Shown: in pieces, positions 25,891-37,814 of the stretch
Layout: each line of letters begins with the position of its first letter
Numbering within the stretch: position 1 is the first letter of the stretch
Notes under the pieces: model-generated
Told to the model about the DNA's origin: nothing
Databases searched by the model: none
What the model saw: only the letters and a program-made list of their open reading frames with translations
Translations under genes and position numbers: made by a program
Assembly: GCA_043228905.1 (NCBI GenBank)
Contig: JBHGNT010000010.1
Span: 13,888,001-13,952,000 of the forward strand
Direction of reading: 5' to 3'
DNA from: Azolla caroliniana
Lineage: Eukaryota; Plantae; Polypodiophyta
DNA: 64,000 nucleotides

Positions 25891-26102
25891 ACGTTGTGGG
25901 GAAGCGTGTGCGTAAGACTCAGAGTGCACAGTTCGGGAGAATAAGACAGTTCGGTAAAACACAGAAAATGTAGAGATGGATATGGAGAGACAAAGAGAGA
26001 TTGAGTAGACAACAGAAAACTCTGATTCAAAATAATGCTCTATTCAGTACATACACCGTGCTTAGTGAGCACCTTTTATACAAGCCCTACCAATAGGGCT
26101 GA

Positions 26103-26323
26103 TGTTGTAGGTTTTTAGGGTTAAGGTAGAGGATTATGATAGCATGATGATAATGATGGGTGTGATGATGGAGATGAGCATTGTGGAATTGATGATGACG
26201 GGATGAGCATTGAGAGAGATCATGAAGAACAAGACAAGCATTGAGGGGTGGGGGTGGTGCCTAGAATGGCTCCACCCCCCTCCCAAGGGGGTTCAACGTT
26301 AAGGGGAGAGAGAAGAAGAGAGA

Positions 26324-26379
<56 letters not shown>

Positions 26380-26645
26380 GTTCATTCTTCATTCATTCCC
26401 CATAAGGGGTTAAATAGTACAAGAGGGGGTAGTTACAAAGGGGTGTAAGCCCCATAGAGCATTCATACTGGACACTCACTCACACCTCATCGTATCCCTC
26501 CACATGCACACACGTGTGCATGTGTTCACATACATATCAACTCACAATTACATTTATGTTCCCTACACATATACAACATCATCATGATAATATTCGACCC
26601 TCGCTCATCACACTTGACTCTCCGTACAACTCGTACGGGGTAACA
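26103..26645. mobile_element. Solo LTR (543 bp)
   Basis: TGTTG...TAACA ends and perfect TSD GCTGA (26098-26102 / 26646-26650). Confidence 0.85.
26329..26376. repeat. (GA)n microsatellite
   Basis: Uninterrupted GA run seen directly. Confidence 0.95.
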
Positions 26646-26848
26646 GCTGACACAAGTACTAACAATACTTGACTGCTCATAAATGAGCCTACTACACTAA
26701 CTCCCAAAATTATTCCTTACGAGGATTATCAGACTAACGATCTTCCGGTTTATGCACCGATACAGCCACGTTATGCGTACTATTTTACACACCCAGTCTA
26801 CGCACTAGGTTACGCATCGTATTACGCACTCAATGTTGAGCTAGTCAC

Positions 26849-27981
26849 TCAACACTCCCCCTCAAGCTCAACTTGAGGTTCCGCCTGCTCTGCTGGATCT
26901 ATGCTCCGGCATCTCCTGGCTCCACGCCTCACTCGCACTCCTCGACCCATTCGATTCCGCGCGCTTCGACCCATTCGATTCCGCGCGCTTCGACCCTTTC
27001 GGTTGGCTTGTCTGCTCACACATCCCTTCTCAGCTTCCTTGTTGTTGCGGTGTTGGCGCCTCTTCTGTTGCCTTCTCTTCCGCTTGGCCCTTGGTTGATT
27101 CAGCGTATCTGAATCAAACATCTGAACCGACTCGGCTTCCTCCGATCGGTTTACGCTCTCGTCCGAGTTGGTTGTCTCCAAATCGTCTTCGGTCTTCAGG
27201 CCTTTGACAACTTCTGACCATCTCTTCGTCTTGGCCTTTATGCCCTTCTTGGCTGTATCTCCCCTAGATTTGGCTGCCCTTGGCTCTTCCCTACGATTGC
27301 GGCCCTTGCTTTCTTCTTCGGCTTCTTCAGTCGGTCCAAAATTGAATTCTTCATCTGATTCCTCATCACGGTCACTTCCGCCGTGATGAACACCTCCTCT
27401 CCTTTCACGCTCTTGTTCCTGTTCGTCTTCCTTTCTCCCCCTCAAGTTCGGCGTGGCGAGGTGACGCAACCCTAGCTCACCCAAGAAATGTCGTAACTTG
27501 ACAAGACCAAGAGGTTTTGTGAAGATGTCGGCAATCTGCCGATCGGTCGAAACATGCACCAATTCAACTTCTCTTAAAAGGACCCGCTCGCAGACAAAAT
27601 GGTAATGCACCTCAATGTGCTTGGTCGGGGAGTGAAACACAGGGTTTTTCGCAAGGTGGATACAGCTTAGGTTGTCGCAATAGATCGTCGTCGGATTAGA
27701 CATCTCTACCTGCAAATCCCGTAACAGCCGTTTCAGCCAAATGACTTCGCACGTAGCGATAGTTGCCCCTCGATATTCGGCCTCCGTGCTTGATAGTGCT
27801 AATGTCAGCTGCTTTTTGCTGCTCCACGCGATCGTTGCACTTCCTAACGAGAAGGCGTATCCGGATGTGGATCTACGATCACTGGCGTTTCCGGCCCAAT
27901 CGGCATCCGTGTAGCCGACTAACTGTTCGACTACGCTTGCTCGATAAAACAAAGCCAGGTCTTTCGTGCCGCTAACATAAC
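26849..27981 (-). pseudogene. C2 RT end/RNase H plus ~190-aa C-terminal extension
   Basis: GYTDADWAG, SSTEAEY, KHIEVHYHF and ADIFTKPL, then an open acidic and Arg-rich tail ending ELEGEC*. Confidence 0.88.
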
Positions 27982-30900
27982 TGTTGAGAGACAAGCTCAA
28001 CATCGGCCGGTTCGGCTGAAGAAGCCGAGGACCGGATCGGTTGGGACCAATCGGTTAGGCCGAGTGCGTAAACCGAGAGGTCGTTAGGAAAGATATTCCG
28101 TGAGGAATATATTTGGGAGTTAGTGTAGGAACTCTTGATGAGCATTGAAGTACTGTCAGTACTTCGGATAGTCCTTCTAGGACTTGTATAAAAGTGTTCA
28201 CTGAGCACGTCTTATGTACAGACTGAGTATTATTGTTGAATATAGTTTTTTGTGTCTTCTCTCACTCTCTCTGTCTCTCCTGCGTATACCGTGTAAGCTC
28301 AAGCTCTCCATTGAACCCGAGTTTCCTTCCTTCTGTTCGGTCTTCATACTTGCTTCCGCACGTTACTTTCTACATGGTATCAGAGCGCGAGGTTTGAGAA
28401 CCTCTCTGCAGCCAACACAGCTTGATGAAGAAGAACGAGAAGAACGATGGATAGAGGCATGGCGAGCTCGCTTCCAACAGAGAAGCTCGACAGAACCAAC
28501 TATGCGTCTTGGTCCTACAAGATGCACCAGTACCTGCTCGGGCACGACTACTGGAGTTATGTCGAAGGAGCTAATGACGCGGCACCCGAATCGACACACA
28601 GAGACTTCCCGTCGCGGGAGCAATCGGCGAGCAGGGTATTGTACTGCTTCGCGTCGTGTGTGGGCGAACAGCTATTGAGCTATGTTCGGGATGCAAAGAC
28701 GCCGAAGGGTGCGTGGGAAAATCTGAAGAAGATTTTCGCCGCGAGCACCACAGCTAGGAAGCTTCAGCTCCGACAGGAGTTGAGCAACCTACGACAACGC
28801 GACTTGTCGGTGGCAGACTACACCTCGAAGATCAAGGATATCTACGACTCCCTCGCCTCCATAGAGGTGAACATCGAGGAGAGCGAGATGGTCCAGATCT
28901 GTCTCAGAGGTTTGGCGTCGAAGTTCGGAGCGTTCCGAACGGCTGTGTGTACCCGGGAGAATACGCCGTCCTTTTTTGACTTACAATCAATGCTCCTGGT
29001 AGAGGAGAACCACACGGGTGCATCTACAAGCACGCACACCGACAGCAGAATGTTGTACACGGAGGGAGATAGGCCCTATGGACGTGGAGTACGAGGCGAG
29101 TCGGCGCGCAATGGAGGCGGCCGACGAGATCAGGAAAGAAGGCACCGAAGTGATGCCAACAGCAACTCCGGACCCTTCGGAAACAGGGGGAGTCGAAGCG
29201 ATGAGAATCGGCTAGGGAAGGCCATCGCGGAGTGCTGGTACTGTGGCAAGAAAGGCCACAGGGAAAGTGAGTGCTAGAAGAAGCGCGCCAATTCGGAGAG
29301 AACCGGTTCCGGAAACAGCTCCGGACATACCGACAAGGGAAATCGGCAGCGGTCGCACTACGCCGAAGACTCCGGGAGAGCCGGAAAAGGGTCTTTCTTC
29401 GTGACGAGACACGAAGCAAACTCAATGAAACAGACCACCCCGAGATCGGACGAGGTGTGGTACGTAGACTCCGGCGCGTCAAACCACATGACGAGCCATA
29501 AGGAGTGGTTCTCGTACCTTGAAAAACCGGTACAACCTGGAGTAGTCGCAACTGGGGACGACACTCCGCATCCGATCGCGAATGTCGAAGAAGTTCCCCT
29601 TAGCCATGTCGGGCAAAAAGGGAAACTCATGAACGTGTTGAACGTTCCGACAATCACGAAAAACTTGGTCTCGGTCGGACAGATCGTCGACCAAGGGATG
29701 GAGGTTCGGTTTATACACCTCGGGTGCTTCATTGAGGAAGAAGGCCGTGTGATTGCGCAAGGGCGTAGAGACGGTAGGATGTTCATCCTCGATTCCACTG
29801 ACGGCGGCACCGCAATGTTCGCGAAGGGACAAAAATCCGAGTCGGACATCGACTTGTGGCACAAGCAGATAGGCCACGTCAACTACCAGCGGCTTCAAGA
29901 TCTGCAATCGAAACAGGTAGTGTTCGGATTGCCCAAATTTAGTGGCCGAAAGGCACAAATTTGTGAAGCCTGCCAGCTCGGGAAGCAACACCGACTTCCT
30001 TTCCCCAACGAGCGAAACCGGAGCCGGAACAAACTCGACCTTATACACTCCGATGTGTGGGGGCCGGCACAAAACGTTAGTCTTGGCGGGAGCCGATATT
30101 TCGTCTCCTTCATCGACGACCACACGCGGCACACGTGGATCTACCTCATTGAGAGGAAGAGCGAAGTCTTCGACTGTTTCCGGGACCTCAAAGGGTTCGT
30201 GGAAGCCGAAACGGGACGAAAGATCAAGTGCCTGTGGTCGGATGGCGAGAAAGAGTACTTTTCCGGTCAATTCAACGGTTACCTACAACAACTGGGAATT
30301 CGCCGCGAATTCAGTTGTAGATACACGCCAGAGCAGAACGGCGTGGCCGAGAGAAAGAATCAGTCAGTTGTGGAAGCGGCACGGGCAATGCTGGAGGAGA
30401 AGACCTTGCCCAAGTTCTATTGGGCCGAGGCGGTAAGGACCGCGGTATACATCCAAAACCGGATCGGAGACATAGTGTCGGCACACGAGCTATATTTCGG
30501 AACGAAGCCAAACTTACGACACTTGAGGGTGTACGGTAGCATTGCGTATGTGCATGTACCGAAGGAGAAAAGGAGGAAGCTGGACGCAAAGACCGAGAAG
30601 TGCATCTTGGTCGAGCAGAAGGGTTATAAGTGCTATAACCCTCGCACCAAACAAGCGCGTGTCAGCCGCGACGTTGTGTTTGACGAGTCCGCGTCCTGGT
30701 ACCTGCCCCCAATCCGAGCTCTGACGATGAGGTCAACGAGGCCGAGATGCCTCCGAATGAGCCCGAAATCGAGACCCGCGAAGAGAGTCCGATTTCACTC
30801 CCATTAAGTGGACCGATTGGATGACTGAGTCGGTACGACCAGTCCGACGAAGAGCCGGCGAGTAGTGGAGACTCGGCCGTGCATTCCCTGCGGAAGAAGC

Positions 30901-33572
30901 CGAGGAGACGGCTTACGCGCAAAGAGAAAGGGAAGAAGAAGGTGTCGGATTCCGGCACCGATAAGAATGAGTCAGACCGACGCGAGTCCGACTCCGAGGG
31001 AACCGGTGACGAGTCTTTAAAAGTGAAGACCGCGTCGACCGAGAAGGCCTTGACATCGGCTAATACGAGATTACGCCGATCTACCCGCCAGAAGAACCCT
31101 GTTTTGCGGTTCGGATACAACGAGTACATGGCGCATCATTATGGAAGTGGAAGTGCGTGAGCCGGAGAGCTACGCAGAAGCGGCTAAAGACGCGAATTGG
31201 GGTGCCGCGATGGAGGAAGCGATGCACGCATTGGCGGAGAACGAGACCTGGGACCTAGTTGACGCACCGAAGGGGGTAAAACCGATCAGGTGTAGGTGGG
31301 TGTACAAGGTCAAGTACAACACCGATGGCTCGGTCAACCGGTACAAGGCTCGGCTAGTGGCAAAGGGCTACGCGCAGAAACACGGCATTGACTACGATGA
31401 GACGTTTGCGCCGGTCGCGAAAATGACGATTGTCCGTGTTTTGCGGCCAAGGGGTGGCACCTACATCAAATGGATGTAAAGAATGCGTTCCCGCAAGGTG
31501 ACCTTGAGGAACAAGTGTACATGGTACAACCCCTCGGATTTCACTCCGGAACGAACTCCCCGGCAGTATGCGGACTGTAGAAGTCCCTTTACGGACTGAA
31601 ACAAGCCCCGCGTGCTTGGAATGCGAAGATCACGCAACAACTGCGTTGGATGGGCTTCATCACGTCAAAATCGGACTCTTCCCTGTTCATCCGGAAAGGT
31701 CGACTCGGACCAGTTAGTATTTTACTATATGTTGATAACTTGGTCATCACCGGCGTCGACCTAGGTGAAATCGACCGCGTGAAGCTCCAGCTTGCGGCAT
31801 CGTTCGACATGAAGGATCTGGGGGACCTTCATTACTTCCTCGGGATCGAAGTGATCCATACCCCTGAAGGCATTTTGATCAGCCAACGTCATTACGTGCT
31901 AGGTATGCTCTTCAAACTCGGGATGGTCGACTGTAAGTCCGTCTCGACTCCTCTGGACAGAACTGTCAAGCTTCGTCCCGATACGGGAAATGTATGTGAC
32001 CCGATGAGGTTCCGACAAATTGTCGGAAGCCTCATATACTTGACCATCACCCGACCCGACCTCAGTTATCCGGTCGGGGTGATCAGTCAGTTCATGGCGC
32101 GACCTACCAAGGAGCACCTTCAGTGTGCGCAACGCGTACTGCGGTACGTAAGTGGCACTAAGGATCGAGGACTGCTATATCGGACCAGTGCAGCCGCGCA
32201 GTTAGTCGGCTACACTGATGTTGATTGGGTTGGCAATGCCGCGGATTGCCAATCCACGTCTGGATACACGTTCTCCCTCGGGAGTGCCGCGATCGCGTGG
32301 AGCAGTAAGAAGCAGCCGACAGTTGCACTGTCGAGCACCGAAGCTGAGTACCGAGGAGCGGCTGTCGCGACATGCGAAGCCATATGGTTGAAGCGGCTAC
32401 TTAAGGACCTGCAAGAGGAGGTGACCGATCCAACGACGATCTACTGCGACAACCTCAGCAGCATCCAACTCGCAAAGAACCCCGTCTTCCACGCACGGAC
32501 CAAGCACATTGAGGTGCACTACCATTTCGTCCGTGAGCGTGTCCTTTCCGGTGAAGTTCAACTTCAGTACGTTCCGACGGATCTGCAGGCTGCCAACATC
32601 TTCACCAAGCCTCTTGGTTTGGACAAGTTGCGGCAATTCTCAGCTGCGCTCGGATTGCGTCACCTTGACGTGCCGAACTTGAGGGGGAGAACAGTCCCGA
32701 ACAACCAAGCAAGGCAGCAGGAAAGGAGCAGAGACCGTGACATCGAGTTGGTTGACAAGTTCGACTTCGGATCGGCTGAAGAAGCCGAGGGCGGACCCGC
32801 GGAAAAGTTCGGAAGCAGACAGAAGGGGAGCAACCGAAGGAGAGAGCCGAAGCCAACCACGCATGGGGAAGATGACGCCATTGAGGGCGAGAAGACCGAA
32901 GACGAGTTGGAGACAGCCAACTCGGACGAGAGCGAAAACCGATCGGAGGTAGCCGAGTCGGTTCGGATGTTTGATTCAGACACGTTGAATCAACCGAGGC
33001 CGAAGCGGAAGAAAAGGCAGCAGAAGAAGTGTTGACACCGCAACAACAGAAGAGCTGATAAGGAATGCATGAGCAGACAAGCCGACCGGAAGGGTCGAAG
33101 CGTGCGGAGTCGAACAGGTCGAGGAGCGCGAGCGAGGCGTGAAGCCAAGAGGAACTAGAGCTGTGAGCTCGAGGATCCCGAAGAGCCTCGAGTTAAGCTT
33201 GAGGGGGAGTGTTGAGAGACAAGCTCAACATCGGCCGGTTCGGCTGAAGAATCCGAGGACCGGATCGGTTGGGACCGATCGGTTAGGCCGAGTGCGTAAA
33301 CCGGGAGGTCGTTAGGAAAGATATTCCGTGAGGAATATACTTGGGAGTTAGTGTAGGAGCTCTTGATTAGCATTGAAGTACTGTCAGTACTTCGGTCAGT
33401 CCTTCTAGGACTTGTAAAGACTGAGTATTATTATTGAATATAGTTTTTTGTGTCTTCTCTCACTCTCTCTGTCTCTCCTGCGTATACCGTGTAAGCTCAA
33501 GCTCTCCATTGAACTTGAGTTTCCTTCCTTCTGTTCGGTCTTCATACTTGCTTCTGCACGTTACTTTCTACA
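27982..33572 (+). mobile_element. Full-length Copia LTR retrotransposon E inserted in C2 RT
   Basis: LTRs 27982-28374 and 33210-33572, PBS TGGTATCAGAGC at 28375, PPT GAGGGGGAG at 33201, TSD ATAAC (27977-27981 / 33573-33577). Confidence 0.96.
28447..33035 (+). pseudogene. Gag-Pol of E (Gag, CCHC, PR, IN, RT, RH) with stops and frameshifts
   Basis: [46 protein letters not shown] (YVDD mutated) and KHIEVHYHF, in Copia domain order. Confidence 0.93.
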
Positions 33573-33577
33573 ATAAC

Positions 33578-36500
33578 ATAGTATCCTTTGCGCGCACTGA
33601 AAGTTTTCAACCGTAGGCTGTGACATGAATCGACTAGTTAGGCTGACTGGATAACTAAGATCAAGCCGAATAATCGTCAGATAGATAAGGCTTTCGACAA
33701 TCTGTCGTAATCGTGTCAGGTTGCATGCCTTACCCAAATCTCGGCGAAGCTTGAAGGTTTTGTCCAAAGGGGTCAAGATGGGCTTACAATTTGCCATCCC
33801 GAACTTGAAGAGCATACGCCTTCGGGGGTATGGATCACTTCGATCCCGAGGAAGTAATGAAGGTCTCCGAGATCCTTCATTTCAAATGATGCCGCAAGCT
33901 GAGACTTCACGCAGCGGATTTCGTCAAGGTCGGCACCAGCGATGACTAAATCATCAACGTACAAGAGTAGGCTGACTGGTCCATATTGTCCTTGCCGAAA
34001 AAATAGAGAAGAGTTCGATTTCGACGACGCAAACCCCATCCTACGCAAGTACTGCGTAATCTTTGCGTTCCAAGCTCGCGGGGCTTGCTTTAGTTCATAC
34101 AAGGATTTCTTCAATCGGCAAACTGCCGAGGTGTTTTGTTCGGATAGAAATCCGGGGGCTGTACCATGTACACCTGTTCCTCAAGATCACCTTGCAGGAA
34201 CGCGTGCTTTACATCCATTTGATGTAGGTGCCACCCCTTTTCCGCTGCTACCGCGACCAAAACACGAACGGTCGTCATCTTCGCGACAGGCACGAAGGTC
34301 TCGTCATAGTCCATGCCATGCTTCTGCGCATAGCCTTTTGTTACTAAACGGGCCTTGTAGAGATTGATGGAGCCGTTCGTGTTGTGTTTCACTTTATACA
34401 CCCATCGGCAGCCGATCGGCTTCACACCCTTCGGTGCATCAACCAGGTCCCATGTCTCGTTCTGCATTAAGGCGTGCATCTCTTCCTCCATTGCGAAACG
34501 CCAATTTGCGTCTTTCGCCGCTTCTACGTACCTCTCCGGCTCACGCACTTCCGCCACTCGCGTCATGTACACGTAATGGTGCGCCATGTACTCAATATAC
34601 CCGTATCTCTTTACGGGGTTCTTCTAGCGGGTAGATCGGCGTAATTCGTGATTACCCGATTTCACGACTTGTTCGGCTGATTTTGACCTCTTCCGTGGAG
34701 GTTCCTTCTCGACTGGCTTGATGTCAGATTCGCTTCGAACTGACTCAACACTACCGAAATCGTATTCCGGTGTCTTCTTCTTGCCCTTCTCCTTGCACAT
34801 AAACTGTCACCTCGGTTCCTTACGCGGGGACATTACGGCCGAGTCTCCACTACTCGCCGTGTCATCATCTGGTTGGCCATCTCGGCCCAACACCTCATTC
34901 GGCCCGCTTAGCTGAAATGAGATCGGACTCTCTCTCAGAGCTCCAATTTTGTCATCGTGCGGAGGCATTTCAGCCTCACTGATTTCTTCTTCAGAAATCG
35001 GATTGGAAGTGAGGTCCGAAGTCGGAGGCAATTACCAGGACGCGGACTCGTCAAACACAATGTCGCGGCTCACATGCGCTTGTTTGGTGCGTGGGTTATA
35101 ACACTTATAAACCTTCTGCTCCTCCGAATAGCTGACCAAGATACAGTTCTCGGCTTTCGCGTCCAACTTCCTCTGTTTCTCCTTCAGCACGTAGCATATA
35201 CACGATGCTGCCGAAAATCCTCAAGTGTGCCAAGTTCGGTTTCTTCCCGAAGTACAGCTCATGTGACGACAATCCTCCATTAGCAGAAGTTCGATTCTGT
35301 AGGTAGATGGCCGTCTTTACCACTTCAGCCCAATAGAATTTTGGCATATGCTTCTCTTCAAGCATTGCCCTGGCCTCTTCTTCAATTGTCCGATTCTTCC
35401 GCTCGGCCACGCCGTTCTGCTGCGGTGTGTATCTACACAAGAATTCGCATCGAATTCCCTCCTTCTGTAGATAACATGTGAACTGGTCGGAGAAGTACTG
35501 CTTCCCGCCATCGGACCATAGGCATTTGATCTTACGCCCCATTTCCCTTCAGGAAACATGCGAAGACGTCGCTCTTCTTCTCAATCATGCATGCCCATGT
35601 GTGCCGAGTGAAGTCATCAATGAAGGTTACAAAGTAACGGCTTCCACCAAGACTCATGTTTTGTGTCGAACCCCACACATCCGAATGGATCAAATCCAGT
35701 GGACTTCGACTACAATTACACTCATTTGGGAATCGAAGTCGGTGTTGTTTTCCCATCTGACAAGCTTCACAGACTTGGCCATTCCGGCCACGAAATTTCG
35801 GCAACCCGAAAACAATGTTCTTCGTCTGCTTTTCACGAAGCTGTGGGAAATTTACGTGGCCGAACCGCTTGTGCCACAGGTCGATATCCGACTCGAGCCT
35901 TTGTCCTTTCGCGTACAACACAGTTCCGGCTTGATTAGTGTCGAGGATAAACATCCTCCCTTCACAGGGCCCTTGCGCGATCACTTTGCCTTCATGTTCG
36001 ATGAAGCAGCCGAGATGCGTGAATCGAGCTTGCATACCTTGGTCAACGATCTTTCCGACCGACACAAGGTTCTTTGTTATTGTTGGGACGTGCATTACAT
36101 TCATTAGCTTCCCTTTCTGCCCAATGTGGCTGAGGGGGACTTCGCCGACATGTTCGATGGTATGCAGAGTGTCATCGCCGGTTTCGACCATTCCTCGTGA
36201 TTCCGGCTTCTCCAAGTATGAGAACCATTCCTCATGGCTCGTCATATGATTTGACGCTCCGGAATCCACATACCACACCTCACTCGATTTCGAGGTGTTC
36301 ACGGCCATTGAATTGGCTTTATGCTTCATTACAAAGGCTGGGCCCGATTTGTTTCCGGCTCGTTCAGAGCCTTCTGTGTAGTGCAATCTCTGACGCCTAT
36401 ATGCGTCTTTTCGGCCCGATTCGGCTTTGTCTGAATCAGCTCTCTTTTTCGAGCACTCGCTCTCCTTGTGGCCTTTCTTGCCACAGTACCAGCATTCCGA

Positions 36501-37078
36501 TGAAGTCTTCTCTTGCCGTGTTCTAGCGCCGCCATGACTCCCCTTGCTTGCGGAGGGTACGGAATTGCTTCCGGCATCTCGATTATGCCGTACATTCTGC
36601 TCTTTTTGGCCGCCCCCATTGTGCGCCGATCCACCTCATCCACTACGACCATGGGGCCTATCATCCTCCGTGTAAAGCATCTTGCCATCGCCGTGCGCAC
36701 TCGTCCACGCACCTGCGTGGTTTTCTTCTACGAGCAACATTGACTGAAGCTCGAAAAATGAAGGCATAATCTCCCTCGTGTAGACTACCGTTCGGAAAGG
36801 TCCAAAGTTTGACACCAAGCCACCAAGACAAACCTGCACCATTTCATCTTCCTCGACGTTCACGTTCACGGAGGCAAGGGACTCGCAGATTTCTTTGATC
36901 TTGGTGGTGTAATCAGCAACCGACATATCTCTTTGTTGTACATTGCTGAGATCCTATCTGAGCTGCATCTTTCTGGCCGTTGTGCTGGCGGCGAAAATCC
37001 TTTTGAGATTTGCCCATGCGTCCTTCGCCATCTTGGCATCCCGAATATAGCTTAGAAGTTGATCACTCACACAGGATG
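33578..37078 (-). pseudogene. Gag-PR-IN-RT of C2 (degenerate)
   Basis: Minus-strand ORFs contain YVDSGASNHM, IHSDVWG, QNGVAERKN, YKARLV and LYVDDL. Confidence 0.92.
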
Positions 37079-37717
37079 TGTGAAAGTGTTTTTAGAATTA
37101 AAGGTATTGAAGTCTACAAAAATATAAGGTATGGAGCATTCACACCCGAAGGCCAAGAACACGAGCTAAGGTTTCAAGTATAAGTCAAACTAAAAGCAAG
37201 AAAGATGGAGAAAAGTCAAAGAAGAAAAAAACGGGCCACCAAAATACAGTCTACAACGAACGACCATAACTCATTCGTTTGGAAGCCAAATATAATGTGC
37301 AAATATGGGTTAGAAAGCTTATGACGAGAGCTATCCGTAGCTTTTTAAAACTCTAAATTTGGAACATGGATGAGGGAGATATGACGATTAGAAGATCGTT
37401 GTGTCATAGCTAAGAATAGGAGATGGAAAAGCTCTAAAAAAAGCGTGGAAAAGAAAGCAAGCGAAACTTATCTACTAGAGGAGAACTTCATATAAAGCAA
37501 GAAGAGTGAGGTGGTGAGGAGAGCTTTTTTCTTGTGATGTTTTTCTTGCCTATTCATGTAGTGCGTTTTTCTAGTGATCAATTCATCCTTGTAGGCTTGA
37601 GTTTATGTATCTTCTTTCTCTTGTTTCTATGATCATCACTCCTTATTAATATATCTTTGTAGATTTGGGTTTCTATATCTTCCTTCTCTCTCTTTTCTAT
37701 CATCATCTCTCTTTTCA
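37079..37717 (+). repeat. LTR 1 of tandem array
   Basis: TG...CA ends with inverted termini TGTGAAAG/CTTTTCA; TATA-like CATATAAA near 37489. Confidence 0.9.
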
Positions 37718-37721
37718 TTTT

Positions 37722-37745
37722 TGGCGCTCCAGGGAGGGTCGATCC
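37722..37745 (+). promoter_or_regulatory. PBS of array element (tRNA 3' end complement, possibly tRNA-Asn)
   Basis: Reverse complement GGATCGACCCTCCCTGGAGCGCCA resembles a tRNA T-arm, acceptor stem and CCA end. The tRNA identity is inferred. Confidence 0.7.
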
Positions 37746-37814
37746 TTTCTGTATAACGGGAGGAACGGTTGTCCACTAATTGATGGTTGGATCTACCGAT
37801 TCATCATCAAACTA

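Noticed and set aside
26248-26448. ERERER ORF, and the many short antisense ORFs across the window
   Set aside because: These are translations of a GA microsatellite or shadows of retroelement coding frames.
37315-37352. Hammerhead ribozyme in array LTR (ATGACGAG-AGCTA TCCG TAGCT), i.e. a retrozyme
   Set aside because: The core needs CTGANGA and GAAA; here it is ATGACGA and TAAAA, with no matching stems I and III.
37665-37814. N-terminal 50 aa of the 536-aa ORF as a signal peptide
   Set aside because: It starts at a TTG within the LTR and runs through the PBS; the first ATG is at 37815.
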